Shown: positions 1-7,308 of the stretch, piece by piece
How the letters are laid out: each line of letters begins with the position of its first letter
How positions within the stretch are numbered: the first letter of the stretch is position 1
Source: a virus
DNA: 64,000 nucleotides
Direction: 5' to 3' (one strand)
Virus record (IMG/VR): IMGVR_UViG_3300045988_150343
Made by a program: the position numbers and the translations under genes
The notes under the pieces: generated by a model
The model's input: the letters and a program-made list of their open reading frames with translations, nothing else
Told to the model about the DNA's origin: nothing
Database searches by the model: none

Positions 1-214
1 GATATTGCCTCTTAAGGCTATACCTGCTAATATAAGGTAACTTAGATTGCTTTAGGTTTTGGTTTGGGCCTCTTGGGAAACTAGGAGGCCCTTATCGTGT
101 GTGTAAAGGGGGTTGTAAGTAAAATTTTTGGGGTTTTCAGGGGGAGCCATTAATGTATACGTGGGAGGCCGGGGTACTGGGAGGGGGGCACGGTTTAAAT
201 AGACAAAAAAAGAC

Positions 215-265
215 ATAAAAAAAGTAAGGGACATTGATATTTTTTTAAAATCCCTTACTTTTTTA
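215..265 (-). terminator. Rho-independent terminator-like hairpin
   Basis: 9-bp stem AGTAAGGGA (223-231) pairs with TCCCTTACT (251-259). An A-run (215-222) and a T-run (260-265) flank it, and it lies just downstream of the stop of minus-strand ORF 275..466. It could work in both directions. Confidence 0.6.
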
Positions 266-274
266 AAAAAGTTT

Positions 275-466
275 TTAATAAATTTTATCCTCTATTTCAT
301 CACACATAATTTCAAAATAATTATAAATTACTTTTTTTGTTAACTCCCTTTCTTTAGGAGTGTCGTCTATTTCATACGGGTAGAACATCAACAAAAGAAG
401 TTTAATGATGATTTTATTTAATATTAAAAATTGAAGTCTTCTGATTTTACTTTTTAACCTTTTCAT
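275..466 (-). CDS. hypothetical small protein (extremely AT-rich ORF)
   Basis: 63-aa ORF, co-oriented with and adjacent to ORF 480..914 and followed by a terminator hairpin. No recognisable motif. Confidence 0.35.
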   Translation of the reverse strand: MKRLKSKIRRLQFLILNKIIIKLLLLMFYPYEIDDTPKERELTKKVIYNYFEIMCDEIEDKIY

Positions 467-479
467 TTTTATTCCTTTT

Positions 480-914
480 TTATTTATTCTTTTTTGTGGT
501 TTTTTGTTCCTCTAATAAAGTTTTAATTTCCGGCAAACATTTTGAAATGATTTCTTGGCTTTCCGGTTTTAATTTTCCATTTGTGACGGACTGCAAAGTA
601 TAGTCGTTTACTATATAAAATTCACTATAAAATTTCGCAAACTGAATAGCAAATTTTTTCTTTTGCTCGTTTGTTTTTTGATTTAGGAACATTTCACAAA
701 CTTCTAAAAGCATAGTTCTTAAGACTTTTCGTGCCTTTTTTGCAGTGGTTTCGTATTTTGACGGAATGATAATGCCGTTTTCAACATTTTGCGGAAACTG
801 GTCTACCATAAATTTATCAAAAGTTTCTTTTTTGTAAACGCTACCCGTAGAAGTCACATTTACTTTTTCAAGTCCATCAACACCGAAAAATTGATTAATG
901 ATTGAATTTTTCAT
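480..914 (-). CDS. hypothetical protein
   Basis: 144-aa ORF with an ATG start, preceded by a -33/-7 type promoter. No recognisable motif. Sits in a very AT-rich island. Confidence 0.55.
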   Translation of the reverse strand: MKNSIINQFFGVDGLEKVNVTSTGSVYKKETFDKFMVDQFPQNVENGIIIPSKYETTAKKARKVLRTMLLEVCEMFLNQKTNEQKKKFAIQFAKFYSEFYIVNDYTLQSVTNGKLKPESQEIISKCLPEIKTLLEEQKTTKKNK

Positions 915-992
915 AATTAAAACATTTTTAAAAATTAATAATAAAATGATAAATACTTATGTGATTTCGGGAACTCTTTCCCTTTCACACCA

Positions 993-1023
993 CAAAGATA
1001 CATCAAACTTTTTACATACCAAA
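993..1023 (-). promoter_or_regulatory. Bacteroidota-type promoter (TTTG-N19-TATCTTTG) for ORF 480..914
   Basis: Minus strand reads TTTGGTATGTAAAAAGTTTGATGTATCTTTG. The -7 box TAnnTTTG is at 993-1000 and the -33 TTTG at 1020-1023. It lacks the upstream CCAGCTC element seen at the other copies. Confidence 0.45.
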
Positions 1024-1467
1024 TATTTTTGAGAATTTTTTTTTATGTTATAAAACATATTTTTTTTAGATTAAATTTTTGCGGAAATATTTGGAAAATT
1101 AAAATATTTTATTATAGAAAAATTTTTTAAGATTTTTATGTTAAATTTTAAAAATTTTTAAAATTCCCCAATTTGGGCAGGTATGAAGTTCCGGGGTAGG
1201 CTTGATAGCTATAATAGATTACGGGTATGATGGGTATAAGGCTGGTAGGTATGATGCAATGGGGTAAGTGCCTAAGGGGCCAAAATTCCGGTAAAAATTG
1301 GGCAAAAGCTTCCGGTAAGTTTCGGCAATAGTTAGGCCGATTTCCGGCAGTAGCTAGTGGGGAATAAGTAATTACTCGTATAGTAACTAGGGTAGGTAAG
1401 TAAGATATGCTACAGGGTTAGCGAAACTGGGTTAGCGATAGCCCCTTTAGGCCTGTATGGGGTATGC

Positions 1468-1502
1468 CACAGAGAAAAGCCCAGACGGTTAGGCCTGGGC
1501 TT
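1468..1502 (-). terminator. Rho-independent terminator
   Basis: Minus strand reads AAGCCCAG-(10 nt loop)-CTGGGCTT followed by TTCTCT. Stems are at 1477-1484 and 1495-1502. It starts about 20 nt after the stop of ORF 1522..1818. Confidence 0.65.
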
Positions 1503-1521
1503 GATAGGTAGGGTATGTATT

Positions 1522-1818
1522 TTAATCTAGGGGAATACAAGATATCTGGGCCTCATAAATGTCGATATGAGGGAAGCGATGTATGGGTTCCCGAGTTAGG
1601 ATCTCCTGGTATTCAGGGGTTTCGAAAATCGGATCCTGGTCTACGTAGCAGATGAGGCTCTCGTCTTCGTCATAGATAAACCTTTCGTTAGGAGTACCGG
1701 TAGTATAGTGATTAAGAGAAGGGAGGTTATTAATCTGGTCGGTCTCTGCCTGGGTCCAAGTATCAAGGGAGGAGTCCTGAAGGAGAGAGGAAAGGATTTG
1801 CATATTAGTCTGTGCCAT
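1522..1818 (-). CDS. hypothetical protein
   Basis: 98-aa ORF, last gene of the 2910->1522 cassette, followed by a terminator. Confidence 0.6.
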   Translation of the reverse strand: MAQTNMQILSSLLQDSSLDTWTQAETDQINNLPSLNHYTTGTPNERFIYDEDESLICYVDQDPIFETPEYQEILTREPIHRFPHIDIYEAQISCIPLD

Positions 1819-1831
1819 AGTTGGAAAGTTT

Positions 1832-2302
1832 TTAAAGGTTTATAAAAGGGTGGAGAGCTTCTCTGATTTCTTCTGGAGTATCAAGGAAGACTTGTAGGGG
1901 ATTTTCGGGATCTTCGCTATACAAGGTCTTGATCAATGCCTTGATAGAGGGATCTTCGCTATACCATTCCTTGATAGTAGGGTTCTCTGTTATTTGTTTC
2001 CAGGCCTTTTGGTAATCCTCTAGGGATTTCTGGTATGCCAGTTGGAGATACTGATTGAAGAGGTCGGGTAAATAATCATAGTAGTCGTCATCGCCGATGT
2101 AATTGTATTTGGTAAACCGTTGGATCAACTGATCGATGGTTTCCCAGGCCTTCTCTAGGTTTATGGGTTCGGTAGTGAGCCATACTGAATCGTAGTTACT
2201 TCGGGGAGTTTCGTAACCTTCCTGAACGAGAGTGAGGTTAGGGAGAATGAGATAATTTCCAGTAGTGGAAAGAATGTAAGTTTTGGTTTCTTGGGTTTTC
2301 AT
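1832..2302 (-). CDS. hypothetical protein (start moved to the internal ATG at 2302)
   Basis: The track ORF runs to 2362, but its first 20 codons are just translated copies of the repeated leader CTAAAACTTACAGATATG. The ATG at 2302 is preceded by that same leader, as are the starts of the neighbouring genes at 2608 and 2362. Confidence 0.6.
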   Translation of the reverse strand: MKTQETKTYILSTTGNYLILPNLTLVQEGYETPRSNYDSVWLTTEPINLEKAWETIDQLIQRFTKYNYIGDDDYYDYLPDLFNQYLQLAYQKSLEDYQKAWKQITENPTIKEWYSEDPSIKALIKTLYSEDPENPLQVFLDTPEEIREALHPFINL

Positions 2303-2377
2303 ATCTGTAAGTTTTAGAACTTTTTTGATACCTGTAAGTTTTAGAGCTTTTTGGGTTTCCATATCTGTAAGTTTTAG
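2300..2377 (-). repeat. three tandem copies of a start-site leader (CTAAAACTTACAG[A/G]TAT); a fourth copy lies at 2605-2625
   Basis: + strand CTGTAAGTTTTAG occurs at 2305, 2332 and 2365, and again at 2611. Each CATATCTGTAAGTTTTAG copy contains a minus-strand ATG. Confidence 0.7.
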
Positions 2378-2380
2378 TAG

Positions 2381-2608
2381 TTAGTAAATGTAGATGGGTA
2401 ATTGGAGATCCGAGTAATCTAGAAAGCATTCAAGGTCTAGGGGATCGAGTTCTTCGGGATCTCCGAAGCCGAGTTGCCAGGTAGCATCTTTGGGATTAAT
2501 ATGAATGTAGGTTGCTCGGGAGATTTCTTCTGGAGTGTATTCCTTGAAGGCAGAAATGGGGATTTCTATTTCCAGGTTAATGAGACGGGTAAGTTCTGTA
2601 GTATTCAT
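2381..2608 (-). CDS. hypothetical protein, paralog of ORF 2626..2910
   Basis: 75 aa. Shares 'ATYIHINPKDA..FG..EEL' and the C-terminal 'LPIYIY' with the upstream neighbour. Confidence 0.6.
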   Translation of the reverse strand: MNTTELTRLINLEIEIPISAFKEYTPEEISRATYIHINPKDATWQLGFGDPEELDPLDLECFLDYSDLQLPIYIY

Positions 2609-2625
2609 ATCTGTAAGTTTTAGAG

Positions 2626-2910
2626 TTAGTAAATGTATATGGGAAGGATTTTTCCGAAGTAATTGAGTTCTCCAGCATAGTAGGGTTCGATTTCCTTGAG
2701 TATATCTGGAGTGAGTTCTTCCGTTCCGAAAGTGTAATGGGCATCATCCGGGTTTATAAAGAGATAAGTTGCTGATGATATTTTAGAGGAGAGCTCCTTG
2801 TAAGAGGAAAAGGGAGGGAAGGGACAGAGATTCGGGATAGGGTTGGGGATTGAGCAGTTTATGAGACCGTTGAGGGTTGAGAGGTTGGGGGTTGCATTTT
2901 TTGTTTTCAT
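2626..2910 (-). CDS. hypothetical protein, paralog of ORF 2381..2608
   Basis: 94 aa. Contains 'ATYLFINPDDA..FGTEEL' and ends in 'LPIYIY'. First gene behind the promoter at 2955-3011. Confidence 0.6.
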   Translation of the reverse strand: MKTKNATPNLSTLNGLINCSIPNPIPNLCPFPPFSSYKELSSKISSATYLFINPDDAHYTFGTEELTPDILKEIEPYYAGELNYFGKILPIYIY

Positions 2911-2954
2911 ATTCTTTTGAATTAAATTAATATTGATTTGAAATTTTCATATTG

Positions 2955-3011
2955 CAAATATAATGCTTTTATTTAATTTGACCAAATAATATTTCAATCA
3001 ATTCGGGCTAG
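2955..3011 (-). promoter_or_regulatory. Bacteroidota-type early promoter
   Basis: Minus strand: TTTG (2983-2986) - 20 nt - TATATTTG (2955-2962). A degenerate upstream element CTAGCCCG lies at 3001-3011. Confidence 0.65.
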
Positions 3012-3037
3012 TCTGTGGTTAATAGGGTATGCCTCCT

Positions 3038-3077
3038 AGTAATTTAGTTGGGTTTTATGCTAAGTAATTTAGTTGGG
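3038..3077. repeat. tandem direct repeat AGTAATTTAGTTGGG x2 (period 25)
   Basis: Exact 15-mers at 3038-3052 and 3063-3077, inside an ORF-free block. Confidence 0.8.
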
Positions 3078-3622
3078 CGTTATTGGTGATATTCTAGGAT
3101 ATTGGGGTAGGTAAGCCCCTTTTGGGCCTGAATAAAGAGGTAGGATTTAAGGCCTTAAGCCTTTGGAATAGGGTTGGGATTTAGGGCCTGAAGTTGCCCA
3201 TAAAATTGCCCTAATCCTCGGCCCCATCTGACCGATAATTATATTACTTGTATAATACTAATAGAGGGGCTTTAGGGGCCTTAAAGTCCTTGGGATACCT
3301 AACTTATTGATATGGCCCATATTAGGTACCTGAAGACAATAGAGCCTAAATATTGACAGGAGAGCTGGTAAGTATGATATTGGAGAGTTATAGGGGTACG
3401 TATGACAGTTTGAGAATATCCTGAAATAGCCTAAGTAGCTAAGTTACTGGGTTAGCGATATTGGGAGTTGGCCTAATTCGTAACGTAGCCGTATTTTCTA
3501 ACGCCTATATAAAAGTACTTATTTGGGGGTTCGGATTGGGGCTTTGGGGTACCATTTTTGGGTAGGGTTTGGGTACCTAAAATGATGGGCCTTATGGACT
3601 ATTAGGATGTGTGGAGAGAGCT

Positions 3623-3667
3623 GTGTGGCTTTATAGACGTGTGGGGGAGTGGGGTGTGGCCTTATAG
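3623..3667. repeat. direct repeat GTGTGGC[T/C]TTATAG x2 (period 31)
   Basis: Copies at 3623-3636 and 3654-3667, inside an ORF-free G-rich block. Confidence 0.75.
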
Positions 3668-3740
3668 TGCCCCCGCCTTAAGGGCCTACTGAAATCCGGC
3701 CAGAGTTTAAACCCCCGGGGATATATGTATGGAGTTGTAT

Positions 3741-3786
3741 CATTGAATAAGACTGACATTGAATAAGGACATTGAATAAGACTGAG
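3741..3786. repeat. iteron-like triple direct repeat CATTGAATAAG
   Basis: Exact 11-mers start at 3741, 3757 and 3770 (spacing 16 and 13 bp), each followed by GAC/GGAC. Confidence 0.8.
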
Positions 3787-4008
3787 TTAAGACTGTAAGG
3801 CTTAATTGAGTTATATTTGAGATAGTAAGGATTGGTGGGTATGTATCATGGAGGGTTATATTAAAGGTATCGGATAGGTTGATATGTTTTTCTTTTTTCT
3901 TTGTTTGGGGGGGAGGAGTGAATGGGTAAACATGAAATTAGGTACCTTAGTCCTTCTCGGATTTGGGTACCTAGAATTAGTAGGTATTAGATTTAAGGTT
4001 GGGATTCT

Positions 4009-4413
4009 TTATTTGGTATCTGTTTGTTTAGCTATAGTCCTTTGGGTTACTTTATTGGACTTGGCTTTTAGTAGATGGGTGATCTCCTTTAGAGGCCCTT
4101 CATGAGGTAGAGTGAATATTTGGGTGTAGTAGGTTGTAGGGTCCCAGAATAGTTTTAGTAGGTCCTCTGGGGTTTGTTGGTCGGGGATGTACATGTACTG
4201 GTGGTTTGGGTGGTCGGAGACTAGGGGATGGGCTAAGTATAGGTAGTCTGCTAGTACTCTAGTTATTTTATCTCTAAGATATTTAACTGGATCATCTGCG
4301 GCTTTCTTAGAGAAAGGAGGGATCGGTTTAATGACTAGTGAGAAATTCTTCTGGGGTTGGTGGTAGAATATTACCTGGAAGAGGTATCCTATGATAGGTT
4401 GATTAGTAGCCAT
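4009..4413 (-). CDS. hypothetical protein
   Basis: 134-aa ORF, co-oriented and tightly spaced behind 4458..5012. Confidence 0.6.
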   Translation of the reverse strand: MATNQPIIGYLFQVIFYHQPQKNFSLVIKPIPPFSKKAADDPVKYLRDKITRVLADYLYLAHPLVSDHPNHQYMYIPDQQTPEDLLKLFWDPTTYYTQIFTLPHEGPLKEITHLLKAKSNKVTQRTIAKQTDTK

Positions 4414-4457
4414 GATGTTGGGTTTTTGATTATTTATGAGTAGAGTTATGGTGGTTT

Positions 4458-5012
4458 TTAGAGTTCTATTTCACCGTGCCAGATAGTTTTGTCCTCTTTC
4501 CAGTCTGGCCTGAGATTTATTGCCTCTTCTCGGGTAGGTGCCATCATATATTGGGTAGTGTAATTTAAGAGGTCCGGGAAGTCGATGCTGTGGCCCACTG
4601 ATATGTAGCCTCGTTTATAAGCTGTAGCTATAGAGTCTCTCATTCTCTTAGCCCAGTAGTCGAATTGCTCGAGAACCTCATTCAGGGGCAAGGGTTTATG
4701 TAGGAGGAATCTGTCAAGAGAAATCTTTTGAAGGAGAGGGCTTTCTTCGCTGACTTTAAGCCACCAGGTGAAATCTACTTTGTGCTCGAGTTTCTCATAT
4801 TCTAGAGCATCCAGTAGACACCTGAGAGTCCAATTCTCGGGTACCCAAATGTGATGTTCCTTCAGGTAATCCAGGTGTACTTTTGATAGGGGTTCAAAGG
4901 TTTTAGCCCTGATTTCATAGGGGTCATTCCAATTGGGTTCCTCGAATTTAGGAGAGGGGTATATCTTGGGGATAGTTTCTCCCGATTGTTTTGCATATAA
5001 AAGTAACTGCAT
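4458..5012 (-). CDS. hypothetical protein
   Basis: 184-aa ORF with an ATG start. No motif recognised. Confidence 0.65.
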   Translation of the reverse strand: MQLLLYAKQSGETIPKIYPSPKFEEPNWNDPYEIRAKTFEPLSKVHLDYLKEHHIWVPENWTLRCLLDALEYEKLEHKVDFTWWLKVSEESPLLQKISLDRFLLHKPLPLNEVLEQFDYWAKRMRDSIATAYKRGYISVGHSIDFPDLLNYTTQYMMAPTREEAINLRPDWKEDKTIWHGEIEL

Positions 5013-5032
5013 GACTTATAGGGTTTAAAGGG

Positions 5033-5428
5033 TTAGTCGTAAATATGTTTTATTGTTACTACCAGGGTTACTCCATTGAAAGTGTAATCCCAATCTCCAT
5101 CTCCGTTGATCTCTTCATCATTGAAGGCCATCTCGAGTAGATCCAGGATATCCCTTTGATTGAGGTCTGAGTTGAGGAATTGCCCTTTGCAGGTATATAC
5201 CAGGATAAAGGTTGAATAGAATTGTGTATCGAAAGCCCAGGTAAAGAGTACCTTATTAAGATTGAAATTAATGGAGAGAAGCTTGAGGCCAAGATTCCAG
5301 TTTTTGGGTTGTGCCCAAATATTAAAGGCCTCTTCAATGGATATCTGATCGAAGGGCAGATTCTTGTCCTTGATAGGGGTTAGGACCTCTAGTAGAGGTT
5401 TTTGGTTTTGGTTTTGGTTCTGGTTCAT
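5033..5428 (-). CDS. hypothetical protein (N-terminus MNQNQNQNQ)
   Basis: 131-aa ORF directly behind the promoter at 5462-5511. Its leader and first codons are duplicated at gene 10368..10901. Confidence 0.65.
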   Translation of the reverse strand: MNQNQNQNQKPLLEVLTPIKDKNLPFDQISIEEAFNIWAQPKNWNLGLKLLSINFNLNKVLFTWAFDTQFYSTFILVYTCKGQFLNSDLNQRDILDLLEMAFNDEEINGDGDWDYTFNGVTLVVTIKHIYD

Positions 5429-5461
5429 CTTTTAAATGTTTTTGAATTAATATTTATAATA

Positions 5462-5511
5462 CAAATATACACATTTATTTTAATATATCCAAATTTGCAT
5501 CGAGCTGGTAA
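5462..5511 (-). promoter_or_regulatory. Bacteroidota-type early promoter with upstream TACCAGCTC element
   Basis: Minus strand reads TACCAGCTCGATGCAAATTTGGATATATTAAAATAAATGTGTATATTTG. The -7 box is at 5462-5469, the -33 TTTG at 5490-5493 and CCAGCTC at 5502-5508. Confidence 0.75.
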
Positions 5512-5515
5512 GAGG

Positions 5516-5758
5516 TTATTTACCATAGACTTCATAGAGTTCCTGATAGTCATCAGTTTCGGTGAATACATCCAGGAAATAATTGTAATCTTCTTCGGTT
5601 GCCTCCTCGGGGAGCTTATTGAGGTCAATAATGCAGTAATGTTCCCAGACAGAGGTTATTATGTAGTCCTCAATATTTTGGGGTGGGAGAGGAGTAGCAG
5701 CATCAATAATGAATTTAGCAAAGAAGAAGATAGCAGCTGAGAGGAGTAACTTTTTCAT
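5516..5758 (-). CDS. small secreted or membrane-anchored protein
   Basis: 80 aa. The N-terminus 'MKKLLLSAAIFFFAKFIIDA' looks like a signal peptide. Confidence 0.5.
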   Translation of the reverse strand: MKKLLLSAAIFFFAKFIIDAATPLPPQNIEDYIITSVWEHYCIIDLNKLPEEATEEDYNYFLDVFTETDDYQELYEVYGK

Positions 5759-6084
5759 TGTTTTATATATTGAAAGGGGTTAATGATTTGGATGATTAGG
5801 AGGTTGCGTTCGGTTCTTATATTAGGGAGTAAGAGACCTTTAAGGTCTTCTTGTTCTGCTTCGAGTTTGTGAGCAGTAGATAAGCAATCTCGGGAGCTTT
5901 CAAAGGAGTATGTTACCCGAGCAATAGGTCGATCAGAATCACCTTGAAGGTTAATGTTCTCTATGGTGTATGGGTTGGGAGTTATCCATTGTTCCAGGCT
6001 TAAATCCTCCTGGAAGAGTTTAAAAACCTTCTTCAGTTCTAATTCTGATTGGAGAAGTTCTTTGGTGATGGTTAGTGTAGCCAT
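5755..6084 (-). CDS. hypothetical protein
   Basis: 109-aa ORF behind the promoter at 6125-6172. Its 4-nt overlap with the next gene suggests an operon. Confidence 0.6.
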   Translation of the reverse strand: MATLTITKELLQSELELKKVFKLFQEDLSLEQWITPNPYTIENINLQGDSDRPIARVTYSFESSRDCLSTAHKLEAEQEDLKGLLLPNIRTERNLLIIQIINPFQYIKQ

Positions 6085-6124
6085 TGGGTTTTTATTTATT
6101 CGTTATACATTTAATTTTATATTA

Positions 6125-6172
6125 CAAAGATACAATATAATTTTTAATTACACAAATTTTGCTAGAGCTGGA
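6125..6172 (-). promoter_or_regulatory. Bacteroidota-type early promoter with upstream CCAGCTC element
   Basis: Minus strand reads CTCCAGCTCTAGCAAAATTTG-20 nt-TATCTTTG. The -7 box is at 6125-6132, the -33 at 6153-6156 and CCAGCTC at 6165-6171. Confidence 0.7.
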
Positions 6173-6225
6173 GGGATCATGGGTTCTTGAGACTCTCTCC
6201 GGAGATTTCTGTTGAAATTAGGGTT

Positions 6226-6342
6226 TTAGTCGAAGGCCATTCTACCGATGGCTTGTTCTATGATTTCATATTTTTCCTGGTCCGAGATGGTGGGGTCTTT
6301 TAGCATCTCTTTTTCTTGGGGTGTAAGGCATGAGTCATCCAT
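6226..6342 (-). CDS. possible 38-aa small protein, below the ORF-track cutoff
   Basis: Hand translation gives ATG..TAA = MDDSCLTPQEKEMLKDPTISDQEKYEIIEQAIGRMAFD. It is co-oriented with its neighbours and fills an otherwise empty 260-bp gap. An exact 17-bp direct repeat brackets it (6215-6231 and 6392-6408). Confidence 0.35.
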   Translation of the reverse strand: MDDSCLTPQEKEMLKDPTISDQEKYEIIEQAIGRMAFD

Positions 6343-6454
6343 AGAAGTTATGTATTTTAATTATTAGAGAATGCGGCTTGGTAAGCCTCTAAAATTAGGG
6401 TTTTAGTCAACTTAGAAGCTAGCATTGATGAATTACTGGTATGATCGTACTTTC

Positions 6455-6940
6455 TCATAGTTCGTATATTTCGTAGTTCTCTAAATAGTAAATCTCCAGA
6501 GCCCGTATTAAAGGAAGGACAAAAGTATAAACCCGAAGAGAGGAATCTAGTCCTTTTATTAATTCTAGAGTAAGATTTACTTGGTTTGCTAGTTTGTTTT
6601 GCTCTTCGATATGCCCCTGATATGCGTATCCTGCCCCTTGTAAGTATTTAAGGAACTGCATTATTACAGGTACTAATTGAGAAGGGTGAATGGTTAAGGT
6701 ATTTATATGAGAATGGTAAAGCTCATCTGTATTTGTATGCGATATACGGTAGAAGACCTTACCCATTTCGTTGATTTCCTGTTCTGAGAGAATACCCTTA
6801 CCAAGCCTAGTTGTAAATGACTCCTCGAATAAGGTGTCCCTGATAAGGGAGTTAAGGGTGTACTCAATGCCCGTAAGGGCAGACTGGTTGAATAGTACCT
6901 TTTCCTTAGGTATATTTCTTGAGAATCTTACTTTGTTCAT
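6455..6940 (-). CDS. hypothetical protein
   Basis: 161-aa ORF abutting the upstream gene (stop and start 2 nt apart). Confidence 0.65.
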   Translation of the reverse strand: MNKVRFSRNIPKEKVLFNQSALTGIEYTLNSLIRDTLFEESFTTRLGKGILSEQEINEMGKVFYRISHTNTDELYHSHINTLTIHPSQLVPVIMQFLKYLQGAGYAYQGHIEEQNKLANQVNLTLELIKGLDSSLRVYTFVLPLIRALEIYYLENYEIYEL

Positions 6941-6941
6941 C

Positions 6942-7307
6942 TTAGTGTGACATTTGAGAGTAATGCGTTAGACAGTAAAATTTAAAGGCCTGGTCCCCAA
7001 AACGGCCAAGTAACTGGATAGGTTTCTTATTCTTAAGGTATTCCTCCTGATACCAGAGCCCGATGATATTCTGATTCATATCGGCATGAGCCCAGTGTTT
7101 ATGCTTGAGAACTAGTACCAGTTCGGCATATTTTTTGTAGTCTGACTTAGCCTCGAGGAGAAGTTGTTCGAGAAGAATCTTGCAGGCTTTTACTGCCTTT
7201 TGTTCGGTTTCCTGGGATTCTGCTTGAGTGAATTGTTCCCAGTAGTTGGTAAAGGGTTTATAGCCAATTAGTTCAGCCTCTACCCAGGTTTTCTTGATGT
7301 GTACCAT
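6942..7307 (-). CDS. hypothetical protein (start trimmed to the ATG at 7307)
   Basis: The track ORF extends to 7385 and overlaps the upstream gene by 77 nt. The internal start 'MVHIKK' sits 1 nt after the upstream stop. Confidence 0.6.
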   Translation of the reverse strand: MVHIKKTWVEAELIGYKPFTNYWEQFTQAESQETEQKAVKACKILLEQLLLEAKSDYKKYAELVLVLKHKHWAHADMNQNIIGLWYQEEYLKNKKPIQLLGRFGDQAFKFYCLTHYSQMSH

Positions 7308-7308
7308 A

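Noticed and set aside
52-234. Track ORFs 52..234 (-) and 3884..4105 (+) inside the G-rich non-coding blocks.
   Set aside because: They are short and have implausible composition (Pro/Thr-rich or hydrophobic strings produced by the base skew). They have no promoter or start context like the neighbouring genes, and 3884..4105 overlaps the better-supported gene 4009..4413.
1140-3880. The possibility that the ORF-free blocks hide tRNA genes, which is common in large phages.
   Set aside because: I found no T-loop consensus (GGTTCGAAT/GGTTCAAAT or its complement) and no convincing cloverleaf-sized set of inverted repeats on either strand. A tRNAscan-SE or ARAGORN run would be needed to exclude this formally.
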